Part shown: one piece after another, positions 18,243 to 27,238 of the stretch
Numbering within the stretch: position 1 is the first letter of the stretch
Layout: the number at the start of each line of letters is the position of its first letter
Origin: Candidatus Pelagibacter sp. HTCC7211
GTDB taxonomy: Bacteria > Pseudomonadota > Alphaproteobacteria > Pelagibacterales > Pelagibacteraceae
Assembly: GCF_000155895.1 (NCBI RefSeq)
Contig: NZ_DS995298.1
Span: 240,001-272,000, forward strand
Direction of reading: 5' to 3'
DNA length: 32,000 bases
Notes under the pieces: generated by a model
Seen by the model: only the letters and a program-made list of their open reading frames with translations
Databases searched by the model: none
What the model was told of the DNA's origin: nothing
Made by a program: the position numbers and the translations under genes

Positions 18243-20278
18243 ATATTTTTTCTATTATCAACCAAACTTTCAACAACACTTGGGTCTGCTAAAGTTGTTG
18301 TGTCGCCCAACTGTTCATGTTCGTTTGCAGCTATTTTTCTTAAAATTCTTCTCATTATTTTGCCCGACCTAGTTTTAGGAAGTCCTGGCGTAAAATGAAT
18401 CAAATCAGGAGTAGCTAAAGGTCCAATTTGTTTTCTGACCCAAAGCTTAAGATCTCTTTCAAGATCACCTGTCTCTCTTTCTCCAGCATTTAAAGTTACG
18501 TAGCAATATAAACCGTTTCCTTTTATATCGTGTGGATATCCAACCACAGCAGCTTCAGCTACTTTTGGATGAGCAACAAAAGCACTCTCAATTTCAGCAG
18601 TACCCAAATTGTGTCCTGAAACTATGATTACATCATCAACTCTTCCAGTAATCCAATAGTAGCCATCTTTATCTCTTCTGCATCCATCACCTGTAAAGTA
18701 TTTTCCATCAAATTGAGAAAAATATGTATCAATAAATCTTTGATGGTCTCCGTACACGGTTCTCATTTGGCCTGGCCATGATTGAGCAATGCAAAGTCTT
18801 CCTTCACCTGCACCTTTAATTTCTTTACCATTTTTATCAACTAACACTGGTTTAATTCCATAAAATGGTTTTGTAGCCGAACCCGGCTTTAAAGGAATTG
18901 CGCCGGTTTGTGGAGAAATCATTATTCCACCTGTTTCTGTTTGCCACCAAGTATCAACAATTGGGCATTTTGAATTTCCAACTGTTTTGTAGTACCACAT
19001 CCAAGCCTCAGGATTAATTGGTTCTCCAACTGTTCCTAATAATTTTAGAGATTTTCGAGATGTTTTCTTAACTGGTTTGTCTCCTTCTCTCATTAAAGCT
19101 CTGATGGCAGTGGGAGCTGTGTAAAAAGTATTAACTTTAAATTTATCTATTATTTGCCACCATCTTGAGGTGTCAGGATAATTTGGAATACCTTCAAACA
19201 TTATTGTGGTTGCACCGTTAGCAAGTGGACCATAAATAATATAACTATGTCCAGTTACCCAACCAATATCAGCTGTACACCAATAGATATCTTTAGGTTT
19301 ATAATTAAAAATATATTGATGTGTCATTGAAGCGTAAACCATATACCCACCCGTAGTATGTAAAACACCTTTAGGTTTTCCTGTAGAGCCAGAAGTATAT
19401 AAAATGAATAAAGGATCTTCAGCGTTCATTTCTTCTGGTTCACAATTATTTGATACATCTTTAATTAATTCATGATACCAAACGTCTCTTTTATTATCCC
19501 AATTTATGTAATTTCCAGTTCGTTTTACAACAATACATTTTTTAACTTTGGGGCAACTCATTAACGCTTCATCAGTTGTATCTTTTAGAGGAATAGTCTT
19601 TCCACCTCTAACACCTTCGTCAGCTGTGATGATGTATTCTGATTTACAATCATTAACTCTACCAGAAATCGACTCTGCAGAAAATCCTCCAAAAATAATA
19701 GAATGCACTGCTCCGATTCGAACACAAGCAAGCATCAATATTGCTAACTCAGGAATCATTGTTAAATAGATTGTAACTCGATCACCTTTTTTAATACCTA
19801 ATTTTTTAAGTCCATTTGCGGCTCTCGATACTTTTTGATGTAATTCTTTGTATGAAATTTTTTGACTATCTTTTGGATTATCTCCTACCCAAATAATTGC
19901 CGTTTTATCTTTTTTATCTTTTAGATGTCTATCAATACAGTTTGCTGAAGCATTTAAAGTTCCATCTTGAAACCAATTAATTTTAACTTCTTTTTTACTA
20001 TATTTTACATCTTTAATTTTTTTGTATGGTTTAATCCAAGTAATTCTTTTTCCTTCTTTTCTCCAAAAATCATCATTATTTTTAATCGATTTAGAGTATT
20101 TATCTTGATATTGTTTTTTGTTTGCTAAGCTATTTTTTACCCATTCACTTTTTGTCTTGATAACTAATTCTGGGCTTGATTTTTTTTTAGTTATTTTTTT
20201 TTTTACTTTAGTTTTTTTTGTTACTTTTTTTGTAACTTTCTTTTTAGCTTTAGTTTTTTTCTTTTTTTTTGTTGGCAT
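18239..20278 (-). CDS. acs: Acetyl-CoA synthetase (AMP-forming) with a Lys-rich N-terminal extension
   Basis: The product contains the Acs blocks [32 protein letters not shown] (AMP-binding signature), WWQTETGG and YFTGDG. The C-terminal [17 protein letters not shown] contains the conserved regulatory or catalytic Lys. The only canonical in-frame start is the ATG at 20278, which adds [37 protein letters not shown]. Confidence 0.95.
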   Translation of the reverse strand: MPTKKKKKTKAKKKVTKKVTKKTKVKKKITKKKSSPELVIKTKSEWVKNSLANKKQYQDKYSKSIKNNDDFWRKEGKRITWIKPYKKIKDVKYSKKEVKINWFQDGTLNASANCIDRHLKDKKDKTAIIWVGDNPKDSQKISYKELHQKVSRAANGLKKLGIKKGDRVTIYLTMIPELAILMLACVRIGAVHSIIFGGFSAESISGRVNDCKSEYIITADEGVRGGKTIPLKDTTDEALMSCPKVKKCIVVKRTGNYINWDNKRDVWYHELIKDVSNNCEPEEMNAEDPLFILYTSGSTGKPKGVLHTTGGYMVYASMTHQYIFNYKPKDIYWCTADIGWVTGHSYIIYGPLANGATTIMFEGIPNYPDTSRWWQIIDKFKVNTFYTAPTAIRALMREGDKPVKKTSRKSLKLLGTVGEPINPEAWMWYYKTVGNSKCPIVDTWWQTETGGIMISPQTGAIPLKPGSATKPFYGIKPVLVDKNGKEIKGAGEGRLCIAQSWPGQMRTVYGDHQRFIDTYFSQFDGKYFTGDGCRRDKDGYYWITGRVDDVIIVSGHNLGTAEIESAFVAHPKVAEAAVVGYPHDIKGNGLYCYVTLNAGERETGDLERDLKLWVRKQIGPLATPDLIHFTPGLPKTRSGKIMRRILRKIAANEHEQLGDTTTLADPSVVESLVDNRKNI

Positions 20279-20293
20279 GAGATAATTTTATAA

Positions 20294-20707
20294 TCAAATT
20301 TTACTCATGTTATTTAAAATTTTCCAGCTTTTAGAGTCTATAGGCATTACAGATAGTCTGCTTTGCTTTATTAGTGATAAATGGCTTAATTCCTTGTTTT
20401 TTTTAATATCTTCGAGAGTCACAGGATTAGATAATTTTTTTTTAAATCGTACCGTTACAGCAACAAAACGACCAGATTTATCTGTTTTATCTAAATACGC
20501 TTCTTTAATTACCTCTACAATCCCTACAATTTCTTTACCAATATTTGAATGATAAAAAAAACAAAGATCACCTTTCTTCATACTTTTTAAATTTTTAGCT
20601 GCTTGATAATTTCTTACTCCATCCCAAGGTGCACCTTTTAAACCAGCCTTTATTTGTTGGTTAATTGACCAAACATCGGGCTCAGATTTCATTAGCCAAT
20701 ATTGCAT
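20294..20707 (-). CDS. EVE-domain (PUA-like, DUF55) protein
   Basis: The 137-aa product contains MQYWLMKSEPDVWSI...W.GVRNYQARN-like (WDGVRNYQAKNLKSMKKGDLCFFYHSN), a typical EVE domain. It has a TAATG overlap with tsaD. Confidence 0.8.
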   Translation of the reverse strand: MQYWLMKSEPDVWSINQQIKAGLKGAPWDGVRNYQAAKNLKSMKKGDLCFFYHSNIGKEIVGIVEVIKEAYLDKTDKSGRFVAVTVRFKKKLSNPVTLEDIKKNKELSHLSLIKQSRLSVMPIDSKSWKILNNMSKI

Positions 20708-21780
20708 TACAACTGAACTCCCGCACCTTTTAGAAATGCTGCCTTTTCGTCAAGTGGCCATCTTGGTTTTGCTGGGTGATCCAAAGCACTAAACTGTTTT
20801 AACTTAAACTTTTCTAATCCAACCATAGCAATCATTGCAGCATTATCACCACATAATTCAATTGGTGGAAATATACCTTTATAATTGTTCTCATTACATA
20901 AATTAATTAACATAGTTCTAATTTTCTTATTAGCTGCAACACCGCCCGCTACAACAAATATTTTATCTTTTAACTTATTTTGTTTTTCAAACTCATTAAA
21001 GGCAATTTTAGTTTTTTTATATAATATTTCTTCAACTGTTTTTTGAAAAGAAGCTGCAAGGTCAAATTTTTCTTGGTCGGTTTTAATATTTTTTGTTATT
21101 TTTAAAATTGCAGTTTTAAGTCCTGCAAAAGATAAGTTGCAACCTCCTTTATTAAAAATTGGTTTTGGTAAGTCATATTTATTTGAGTCACCTTTTTCAG
21201 CCATGATTTCTATTTGTGGTCCACCTGGAAATTCAACTCCTAAAAGTTTTGCAGTTTTATCAAATGCTTCACCAAGAGCATCATCAATAGTTGTCCCTAA
21301 TCTTTTGTACTTTCCAAGATCTTGAACATTTAAAAATTGTGAATGACCACCAGAAATTAATAAAACCAAATATGGATAGTTTAATTTTGAATTAAGTTTT
21401 GGACTTAATGCATGACCTTCTAGATGATTGACAGCAATGAAGGGTTTATTTAATGCGCTAGCAAAAGCTTTTCCAAAACTTAAACCAACTGATAAACAAA
21501 CTATTAGCCCTGGACCAGCTGTTGAAGCTACAGCATCAATTTCTTCAATCTTTCTTCCACTATCATTAATTGCTTTTTCAACAATCCAATCTATTTTTTC
21601 CATATGTGATCGAGCCGCAAGTTCTGGGACCACGCCACCAAATTCTTTATGAACCTCAACTTGGCTAGAAATAATATTTGATAAAACTATTGGAATTCCT
21701 TGTTCATTTTCAGTAATTAAAGATGCAGCCGTTTCATCACAACTCGACTCTATTCCTAAAATTAAGGGTTTTTTACTCAT
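20707..21780 (-). CDS. tsaD: tRNA N6-adenosine threonylcarbamoyltransferase
   Basis: The sequence ILGIESSCDETAAS...VNHLEGHALS...LLISGGHSQ...GGVAAN matches the Kae1/TsaD metal and ATP motifs. Confidence 0.95.
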   Translation of the reverse strand: MSKKPLILGIESSCDETAASLITENEQGIPIVLSNIISSQVEVHKEFGGVVPELAARSHMEKIDWIVEKAINDSGRKIEEIDAVASTAGPGLIVCLSVGLSFGKAFASALNKPFIAVNHLEGHALSPKLNSKLNYPYLVLLISGGHSQFLNVQDLGKYKRLGTTIDDALGEAFDKTAKLLGVEFPGGPQIEIMAEKGDSNKYDLPKPIFNKGGCNLSFAGLKTAILKITKNIKTDQEKFDLAASFQKTVEEILYKKTKIAFNEFEKQNKLKDKIFVVAGGVAANKKIRTMLINLCNENNYKGIFPPIELCGDNAAMIAMVGLEKFKLKQFSALDHPAKPRWPLDEKAAFLKGAGVQL

Positions 21781-21836
21781 TCAAATAGTTTTTATTAATT
21801 GTACAATCTCAATACAAGTAAGAAATAAATTTATTT

Positions 21837-22754
21837 ATGAATAAAAAAATAACCATTGGTTCAAGAGGAAGTAAGTTGGCTTTAATTTATGCCCAAAAAG
21901 CTAAAGATAAAATTATACAAAACACAAATATAAAAGACGAAGATATTATTATTAAAGAAATAACCACAAAAGGTGATCAAGTTCAGGATATGAGATTATC
22001 TGAAGTGGGTGGAAAAGGTCTATTTTCAACAAATATAGAAAAAGAACTGCAAGATAAAAAAATTGATATTGCTGTTCATGCACTTAAAGATATGCCGGCA
22101 ATTGAGACAGTTGGTTTAAGAACCAATACGTTTCTAAAAAGAAACGATCCAAGAGAAATTTTAATTGCGCAAAGTGGAAAAAAACTTAATGAATTAAAAA
22201 TTAATTCAATAATAGGAACTTCATCTTATAGAAGAGAATTTCAAATAAAAAAAATTAGATCAGATATTAATTGCAAACTCATTAGAGGCAATGTGGATAC
22301 GAGAATTAAAAAACTTAATGATGGTTTGTATGATGCAATAATATTGTCTTATGCAGGAATTAAGTCTTTAGAAATTGAGGATAAAATTACAGAAATATTT
22401 TCGATAGAGGAAATAATTCCAAGTGCAGGACAAGGTATTATCGCTCTCCAGTGTCGTAATAACGATATCGAAATTATCTCGGTTTTAGATGAGATTAATG
22501 ATAAAGAGACTTCTTCAATGGCTCATGCTGAGAGAAATGTTTTAAAAGTTTTAGAGGGTGATTGTGAAACAGCTATTGGAACACATGCTATTATTGAAGA
22601 AGATAAAATTATTCTTCAGGCCGAACTTTTTTCTTTAGATGGAAAACAAAGATTCTTTGAAAAAAAATCATCAAAAATAAATGACGCAAGGGAACTTGGT
22701 AAAGAACTTGGTGAAATATTGAAAACAAAATCAAATAATTCTTATAAAAGATAA
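21837..22754 (+). CDS. hemC: Porphobilinogen deaminase (hydroxymethylbilane synthase)
   Basis: The sequence ITIGSRGSKLALIYA...TTKGD...GGKGLF...DIAVHALKDMP...RGNVDTRIKKL...AGQGIIALQCR matches HemC. A Cys consistent with the dipyrromethane cofactor site is present (EGDCETAIG). Confidence 0.95.
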   Translation: MNKKITIGSRGSKLALIYAQKAKDKIIQNTNIKDEDIIIKEITTKGDQVQDMRLSEVGGKGLFSTNIEKELQDKKIDIAVHALKDMPAIETVGLRTNTFLKRNDPREILIAQSGKKLNELKINSIIGTSSYRREFQIKKIRSDINCKLIRGNVDTRIKKLNDGLYDAIILSYAGIKSLEIEDKITEIFSIEEIIPSAGQGIIALQCRNNDIEIISVLDEINDKETSSMAHAERNVLKVLEGDCETAIGTHAIIEEDKIILQAELFSLDGKQRFFEKKSSKINDARELGKELGEILKTKSNNSYKR

Positions 22755-22755
22755 T

Positions 22756-23454
22756 ATGCATATTTTATTAACAAGACCGTTAGAAGATTGTTCAGAAATG
22801 ATATTAAAATTTAAATCGTTAGGTCATCAAGTATCACATCTACCTTTGTTAGTGGTTGAAAAAGTAAATTATGATTCAGTAAACTTCCCAAGTTTTGGCG
22901 GTATTATATTTACAAGTGCTAATGCTATTAAATTTTTAGATCTAAAAGGTATTGATAAAAAAATTTTATGTTTTTGTGTAGGAGAAGCTACCGAAAAAAC
23001 AGCTAGAAATAATGGATTTCAGAATGTGATTGCTGCCGAAGGTAACGTTGAAAATTTAAAAGAATTAATTTTACAAAATTTTGACAAAAAAGATGGAAGC
23101 TTGATTTATATAAGTGGTGAAACAGTTTCTACAGATCTTGATCAACAATTGTTGAAAGTAGGGTATAATGTAAAAAGAATTGTTAATTATAGAACTTCGC
23201 ATAATAAAAATTTTAATGAGGAATTTGTTAAGGAATTAAAGCTAAAAATGCCTGATATTGTTTATGTTTATTCTCAAAATAGTGCCGCAAGCTTCTTAAA
23301 TTATATTAAGTTACAACAATTAGAAAGCCTGTGGATGAATACAAATTTAATGTGTATTGGGGAAAAAACCTCATCAATATTGAATGAAATTAAATGGAAG
23401 AAGATTTTTCTTTTTAATCCTGGAGAAGAGGAGTTTTTGTTATATAAAATTTAG
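22756..23454 (+). CDS. hemD: Uroporphyrinogen-III synthase
   Basis: The 232-aa product starts ILLTRPLED and contains ..IIFTSANAI.. and ..CIGEKT.., typical of the poorly conserved HemD family. It starts 1 nt after hemC. Confidence 0.8.
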   Translation: MHILLTRPLEDCSEMILKFKSLGHQVSHLPLLVVEKVNYDSVNFPSFGGIIFTSANAIKFLDLKGIDKKILCFCVGEATEKTARNNGFQNVIAAEGNVENLKELILQNFDKKDGSLIYISGETVSTDLDQQLLKVGYNVKRIVNYRTSHNKNFNEEFVKELKLKMPDIVYVYSQNSAASFLNYIKLQQLESLWMNTNLMCIGEKTSSILNEIKWKKIFLFNPGEEEFLLYKI

Positions 23455-23456
23455 CT

Positions 23457-24542
23457 ATGGGAATAATAAATAATTTTTCAGATATATTTTTATCAGTTTG
23501 GAATAAAGGAATTCTGGGTCTTGACTTTTTTCAAATACTAATTGGAATTGGAATTTTTTTTATTTTCTTAATTTTCAGAGGGTTAATAAGTAAGCTTATT
23601 ATAAAAAAATTAGAGATAATTTCTAAGAGAACTACTAATAAATTAGACGATACTTTTGTTCGTGCTTTAGAAGGTCCAGCAAGATTTTTACCAATAGTTC
23701 TTGGTTTTTTTATTGCAAGTTATTATATGACATTTTCTATCGAAAGTCGTGAATTTATAGATACCATAAATAGAACTTTAATCACAATTTTAATTTTTTG
23801 GGTAATTCATCAAATCATTGAACCAATTTCCTACATTTTAAGTGGACTAGATAAACTTTTAACAAGAGAGTTAATTGGGTGGATTATTAAATCTCTAAAA
23901 ATTCTAATTTTCATTTTGGGGCTTGCTGCTGTACTTGAATTGTGGGGAATAAAAATTGGTCCAATTATTGCCGGACTTGGATTGTTTGGTGTTGCTGTTG
24001 CGTTGGGTGCACAAGATTTATTTAAAAATTTAATCTCTGGAATTTTAGTACTAGTTGAAAAAAGATTTAAAATAGGTGATTGGATTGCTGTAGAAGGAAT
24101 TATAGAGGGTATTGTTGAGAAAATCGGTTTTAGATCAACCACAATAAGAAAATTTGATAAATCACTTGCAATTATTCCAAATTTTCAATTTGCTGAAAAT
24201 GCTGTTGTTAATGTAAGCGAAACTTCTAATTGGTTAATCAGTTGGATAATTACCCTTCAGTACGACACAACAGTTGATCAATTAAAAACTGTAAGAAATG
24301 AAATTGAAGAATATATCAATAAAAGTGAGGACTTTGATACAAAAATTGGTGTAGCAGTTAGAATTGATAAATTTTCTGATAGCTCTATTGATATGTATGT
24401 GCGTAGCTTTACAAAAACTGATAGTTGGAATGAAATGCTTGCTGTAAAAGAAAGACTTGCGATTGAAATTAAACAAATTGTAGAAAATAACAATGCATCT
24501 TTTGCATTTCCAAGTCAGTCGATTTACGTCGAAAAAAAATGA
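23457..24542 (+). CDS. MscS-family mechanosensitive ion channel
   Basis: The product has N-terminal TM helices, then the pore/beta-domain signature GLFGVAVALGAQDLFKNLISGILVLVEKRFKIGDWIAVEGIIEGIVEKIGFRSTTIR. Confidence 0.9.
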   Translation: MGIINNFSDIFLSVWNKGILGLDFFQILIGIGIFFIFLIFRGLISKLIIKKLEIISKRTTNKLDDTFVRALEGPARFLPIVLGFFIASYYMTFSIESREFIDTINRTLITILIFWVIHQIIEPISYILSGLDKLLTRELIGWIIKSLKILIFILGLAAVLELWGIKIGPIIAGLGLFGVAVALGAQDLFKNLISGILVLVEKRFKIGDWIAVEGIIEGIVEKIGFRSTTIRKFDKSLAIIPNFQFAENAVVNVSETSNWLISWIITLQYDTTVDQLKTVRNEIEEYINKSEDFDTKIGVAVRIDKFSDSSIDMYVRSFTKTDSWNEMLAVKERLAIEIKQIVENNNASFAFPSQSIYVEKK

Positions 24543-24829
24543 TCGCAATTTTTTATTTAGTTTTACAAATTTTGAAACTTTATTCTTATGTTGTAATTGC
24601 AAACGTTTTAATAAGCTGGTTAATAGCTTTTAACGTTTTGAATACTCAAAATAGATTTGTTTACTCAATTTTAGAATTTACTTATCGGTTTACTGACCCA
24701 ATTTTATACAGAATCAGACGTTTCTTACCTAATTTAGGTTCACTTGATATATCACCAATTATCCTTCTTTTATTGATTTGGTTTATTGAAATGTGTATGA
24801 AGCTGTACATTGCACCAATGATTTTTTAA
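24539..24829 (+). CDS. yggT: YggT-family membrane protein
   Basis: The 96-aa product contains ...YRFTDPILYRIRRFLPNLGSLDISPIILLLLIWFI, the YggT signature (T.P.L.P.RR..P..G.D.SP). It has an ATGA overlap with the MscS gene. Confidence 0.85.
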   Translation: MIAIFYLVLQILKLYSYVVIANVLISWLIAFNVLNTQNRFVYSILEFTYRFTDPILYRIRRFLPNLGSLDISPIILLLLIWFIEMCMKLYIAPMIF

Positions 24830-24839
24830 AAAAAGAGAT

Positions 24840-25685
24840 ATGATTTTAATAGATGGAAAAAAAATAGCAGCAGAACTTAGAGAAGAATTAAAACTAGAAG
24901 TATCTGAGTTAAAAAATAAATATAATAAAGTTCCTGGACTGACAGTAATTTTAATTGGAGATATGGCTCCTAGTCAAATTTATGTTCGTAACAAAGAAAA
25001 ATCAGCTAACGAAGTTGGTTTAAAATCAGAGGTGATAAAATATCCTGATACAGTTGAAGAAAAAACTATTTTAGAAAAAATTGAAGAACTAAACAACGAT
25101 GAGAGTATTTCTGGAATCTTAGTTCAGCTTCCATTACCAAAACACATAGATAAACAAAAAGTTATTGAAACTATAATTCCTTCAAAAGATGTGGATGGTT
25201 TTCATCCAATGAATGTTGGAAATTTATCATCAGGTTATGAAAGTTCAGTTCCTTGTACTCCACTTGGATGTTATTTAATGATTAAAAAAATTGAACCAAA
25301 CTTAAGTGGTAAAAAAGCAGTTGTAGTTGGAAGATCAAATTTGAACGGTAAACCAATGACTCAACTTCTACTTAAAGAGAATTGTACTGTAACTATTACT
25401 CATTCAAGAACAAAAGATTTAAAAGCTGAATGTTTAGAGGCAGATATAATTGTTGCAGCTGTAGGTATTCCAGAACTTGTCAAAGGTGACTGGGTTAAAA
25501 AAGATGCAATAGTAATCGATGTTGGAATTAATAAAACAGAAAATGGCTTAGTAGGAGATGTTGCATTTGACGAAGTTTCAAAAAATGCTAAAGCCTTAAC
25601 TCCAGTTCCAGGAGGTGTAGGTCCAATGACAATTGCTTGTTTGCTGAAAAATACTATTGACTGTTTCAAAAGAGCGCAAATTTAA
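24840..25685 (+). CDS. folD: Bifunctional methylenetetrahydrofolate dehydrogenase / methenyl-THF cyclohydrolase
   Basis: The sequence ILIDGKKIA...PGLTVILIGD.APSQIYVRNKEK...ILVQLPLPKHID...KDVDGFHP.N.G...PCTP.G...VVGRSNLNGKPM...TITHSRT...PVPGGVGPMT is the canonical FolD pattern. Confidence 0.95.
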   Translation: MILIDGKKIAAELREELKLEVSELKNKYNKVPGLTVILIGDMAPSQIYVRNKEKSANEVGLKSEVIKYPDTVEEKTILEKIEELNNDESISGILVQLPLPKHIDKQKVIETIIPSKDVDGFHPMNVGNLSSGYESSVPCTPLGCYLMIKKIEPNLSGKKAVVVGRSNLNGKPMTQLLLKENCTVTITHSRTKDLKAECLEADIIVAAVGIPELVKGDWVKKDAIVIDVGINKTENGLVGDVAFDEVSKNAKALTPVPGGVGPMTIACLLKNTIDCFKRAQI

Positions 25686-25722
25686 TAATTAAATCTACTG
25701 ATTAAATCTGTTAACTTAGGTT

Positions 25723-25926
25723 ATGAAAAAACCTAAATATCCATACAGAATCGGTTTAATATTTTTGCTTCTTACTATACCACCAATTGGTGCAACCCAA
25801 CTAGGTTGGTATTTGTATGATATGCAAACTGGATTTGATTATGGTATGATAGTAGGAGTAGTGTCAGTAATATATGCCGCCTATCTGATGTATGAAAAAA
25901 AGTGGAGAGAGGAAGACGAAGATTAA
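25723..25926 (+). CDS. Small membrane protein (67 aa, 2 predicted TM), unknown function
   Basis: The product has two hydrophobic segments and an acidic tail (REEDED). It is tightly followed, with a 3-nt gap, by the SHOCT-domain gene. Confidence 0.5.
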   Translation: MKKPKYPYRIGLIFLLLTIPPIGATQLGWYLYDMQTGFDYGMIVGVVSVIYAAYLMYEKKWREEDED

Positions 25927-25929
25927 TTT

Positions 25930-26196
25930 ATGGAAAAAATAATTTTTTTTGTATTAGTTATTCCTATTATGGCCTTTGTTTTATATTTGGGTGGTATGGC
26001 TATTATGAATGGTTTTAAATCAAAAGAAGCTAATAGAGCTGAAAAAGAAGCTGAACAATCCAAAGATAATGAAAATTTAACATCACAAGATAATAATTTA
26101 AGTGACGAATTAACTAAACTTAATGACCTTCGTCAAAGTGGAGTACTGACACAAGAAGAATTTGATAAAGCTAAAAATAAATTATTAAATGATTAA
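25930..26196 (+). CDS. SHOCT-domain small membrane protein
   Basis: The product has an N-terminal TM helix. The C-terminal LTKLNDLRQSGVLTQEEFDKAKNKLL matches the SHOCT (short C-terminal oligomerisation) motif. Confidence 0.65.
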   Translation: MEKIIFFVLVIPIMAFVLYLGGMAIMNGFKSKEANRAEKEAEQSKDNENLTSQDNNLSDELTKLNDLRQSGVLTQEEFDKAKNKLLND

Positions 26197-26225
26197 TTTT
26201 TTAAGCATGTTTAAGGAACTTAAAA

Positions 26226-27215
26226 TCAATTTTTAAGAATTGATTTTAAAGAGTTAATTTCACCAATTTTAAATGTAATTGCATCTTCTTTTTTAAACCC
26301 AAATTTTTCAGCATTTTCTTTAAATCGAATAGGAGGCTCCATTATAGGTTCAAGAGATAAAACAAAAGTTCCCCAATGCATTCCCAATACTTTTTTGCTT
26401 TTTAAATCTTGTGCAACATTAAGAGCTTCTTCAGGAGTTGTGTGATAAATAGATTTATCAAACATTGGTCTAAAATCGTAAGCGCCAATATTAATCATTG
26501 TAATATCAATTGGACCATATTTTTCACCAATTTCTCTATAAATATTTCCATAACCCGTGTCACATGCAAATAAAATTTTCATATTCTTATATTGTATTAA
26601 AAAATTACCCCATAAAGTTTTGTTGGTATCAGTTAGAGTTCTTTTTGACCAATGTACTGCAGGTAAGAAGGTTACTTTTAAATGATCGTTAATTTTAATT
26701 TCCTCATACCAATCCATTTCATTGACATCTTTGTATTTTTTAAAATACTTTCCTAGCTTTAAAGGAACTAATACTTTTGCATCCTTGAAAGGAAATCTTC
26801 TGATTGTAGACATATCTTGATGATCATAGTGATTATGGGTTAATAGAAATACATCTGTTTTTGGAATTTCATTAAGATTTAAAGCTGGTTCAGTAAATCT
26901 CTTAGGACCAAAAATTAATGGTCCTGCATTTTTTGAAAATACAGGATCTGTTATAAATGTCGTATTGCCTAATTTAATTAAATAGGTAGCATGACCAATC
27001 CAAGCAATATAATCATCATTTTTAAATTTTTCTAAATTATTTAAAACTTCTTGTTTATTTATTATATGTTCTTTTGGTACTGTCATATCAAGCTTCTTTT
27101 TTTCTTTATTAAAATCTCTATAAGAAAACTTTCCAGAACTTGATCTTGAGATTGGAGATCCCTCAGGGTTTCTGAAAGTTCCATTTGGAAGGTGATGATA
27201 AGGTTTTTTTTCCAT
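26226..27215 (-). CDS. MBL-fold metallo-hydrolase (NAPE-PLD-like Zn hydrolase)
   Basis: The sequence LLTHNHYDHQD carries the HxHxDH metal motif. Downstream ..PAVHWS.. and ..CDTGY.. provide ligand positions typical of this beta-lactamase-fold subfamily. Confidence 0.85.
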   Translation of the reverse strand: MEKKPYHHLPNGTFRNPEGSPISRSSSGKFSYRDFNKEKKKLDMTVPKEHIINKQEVLNNLEKFKNDDYIAWIGHATYLIKLGNTTFITDPVFSKNAGPLIFGPKRFTEPALNLNEIPKTDVFLLTHNHYDHQDMSTIRRFPFKDAKVLVPLKLGKYFKKYKDVNEMDWYEEIKINDHLKVTFLPAVHWSKRTLTDTNKTLWGNFLIQYKNMKILFACDTGYGNIYREIGEKYGPIDITMINIGAYDFRPMFDKSIYHTTPEEALNVAQDLKSKKVLGMHWGTFVLSLEPIMEPPIRFKENAEKFGFKKEDAITFKIGEINSLKSILKN

Positions 27216-27238
27216 ATCTTTAACTAATTATTAAATGA

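Noticed and set aside
21798-21807. 10-bp palindrome ATTGTACAAT in the tsaD/hemC divergent spacer as an iron or heme regulator box
   Set aside because: It does not resemble Fur or Irr boxes, and a 10-bp AT-rich palindrome is expected by chance even within the small amount of intergenic DNA.
26220-26249. 12-bp inverted repeat TTAAAATCAATT/AATTGATTTTAA between the SHOCT gene and the convergent MBL hydrolase as a bidirectional terminator
   Set aside because: The stem is almost entirely A:T (one G:C pair), has no U-tract on either strand, and overlaps the last codons of the MBL gene. It is not distinguishable from chance in this composition.
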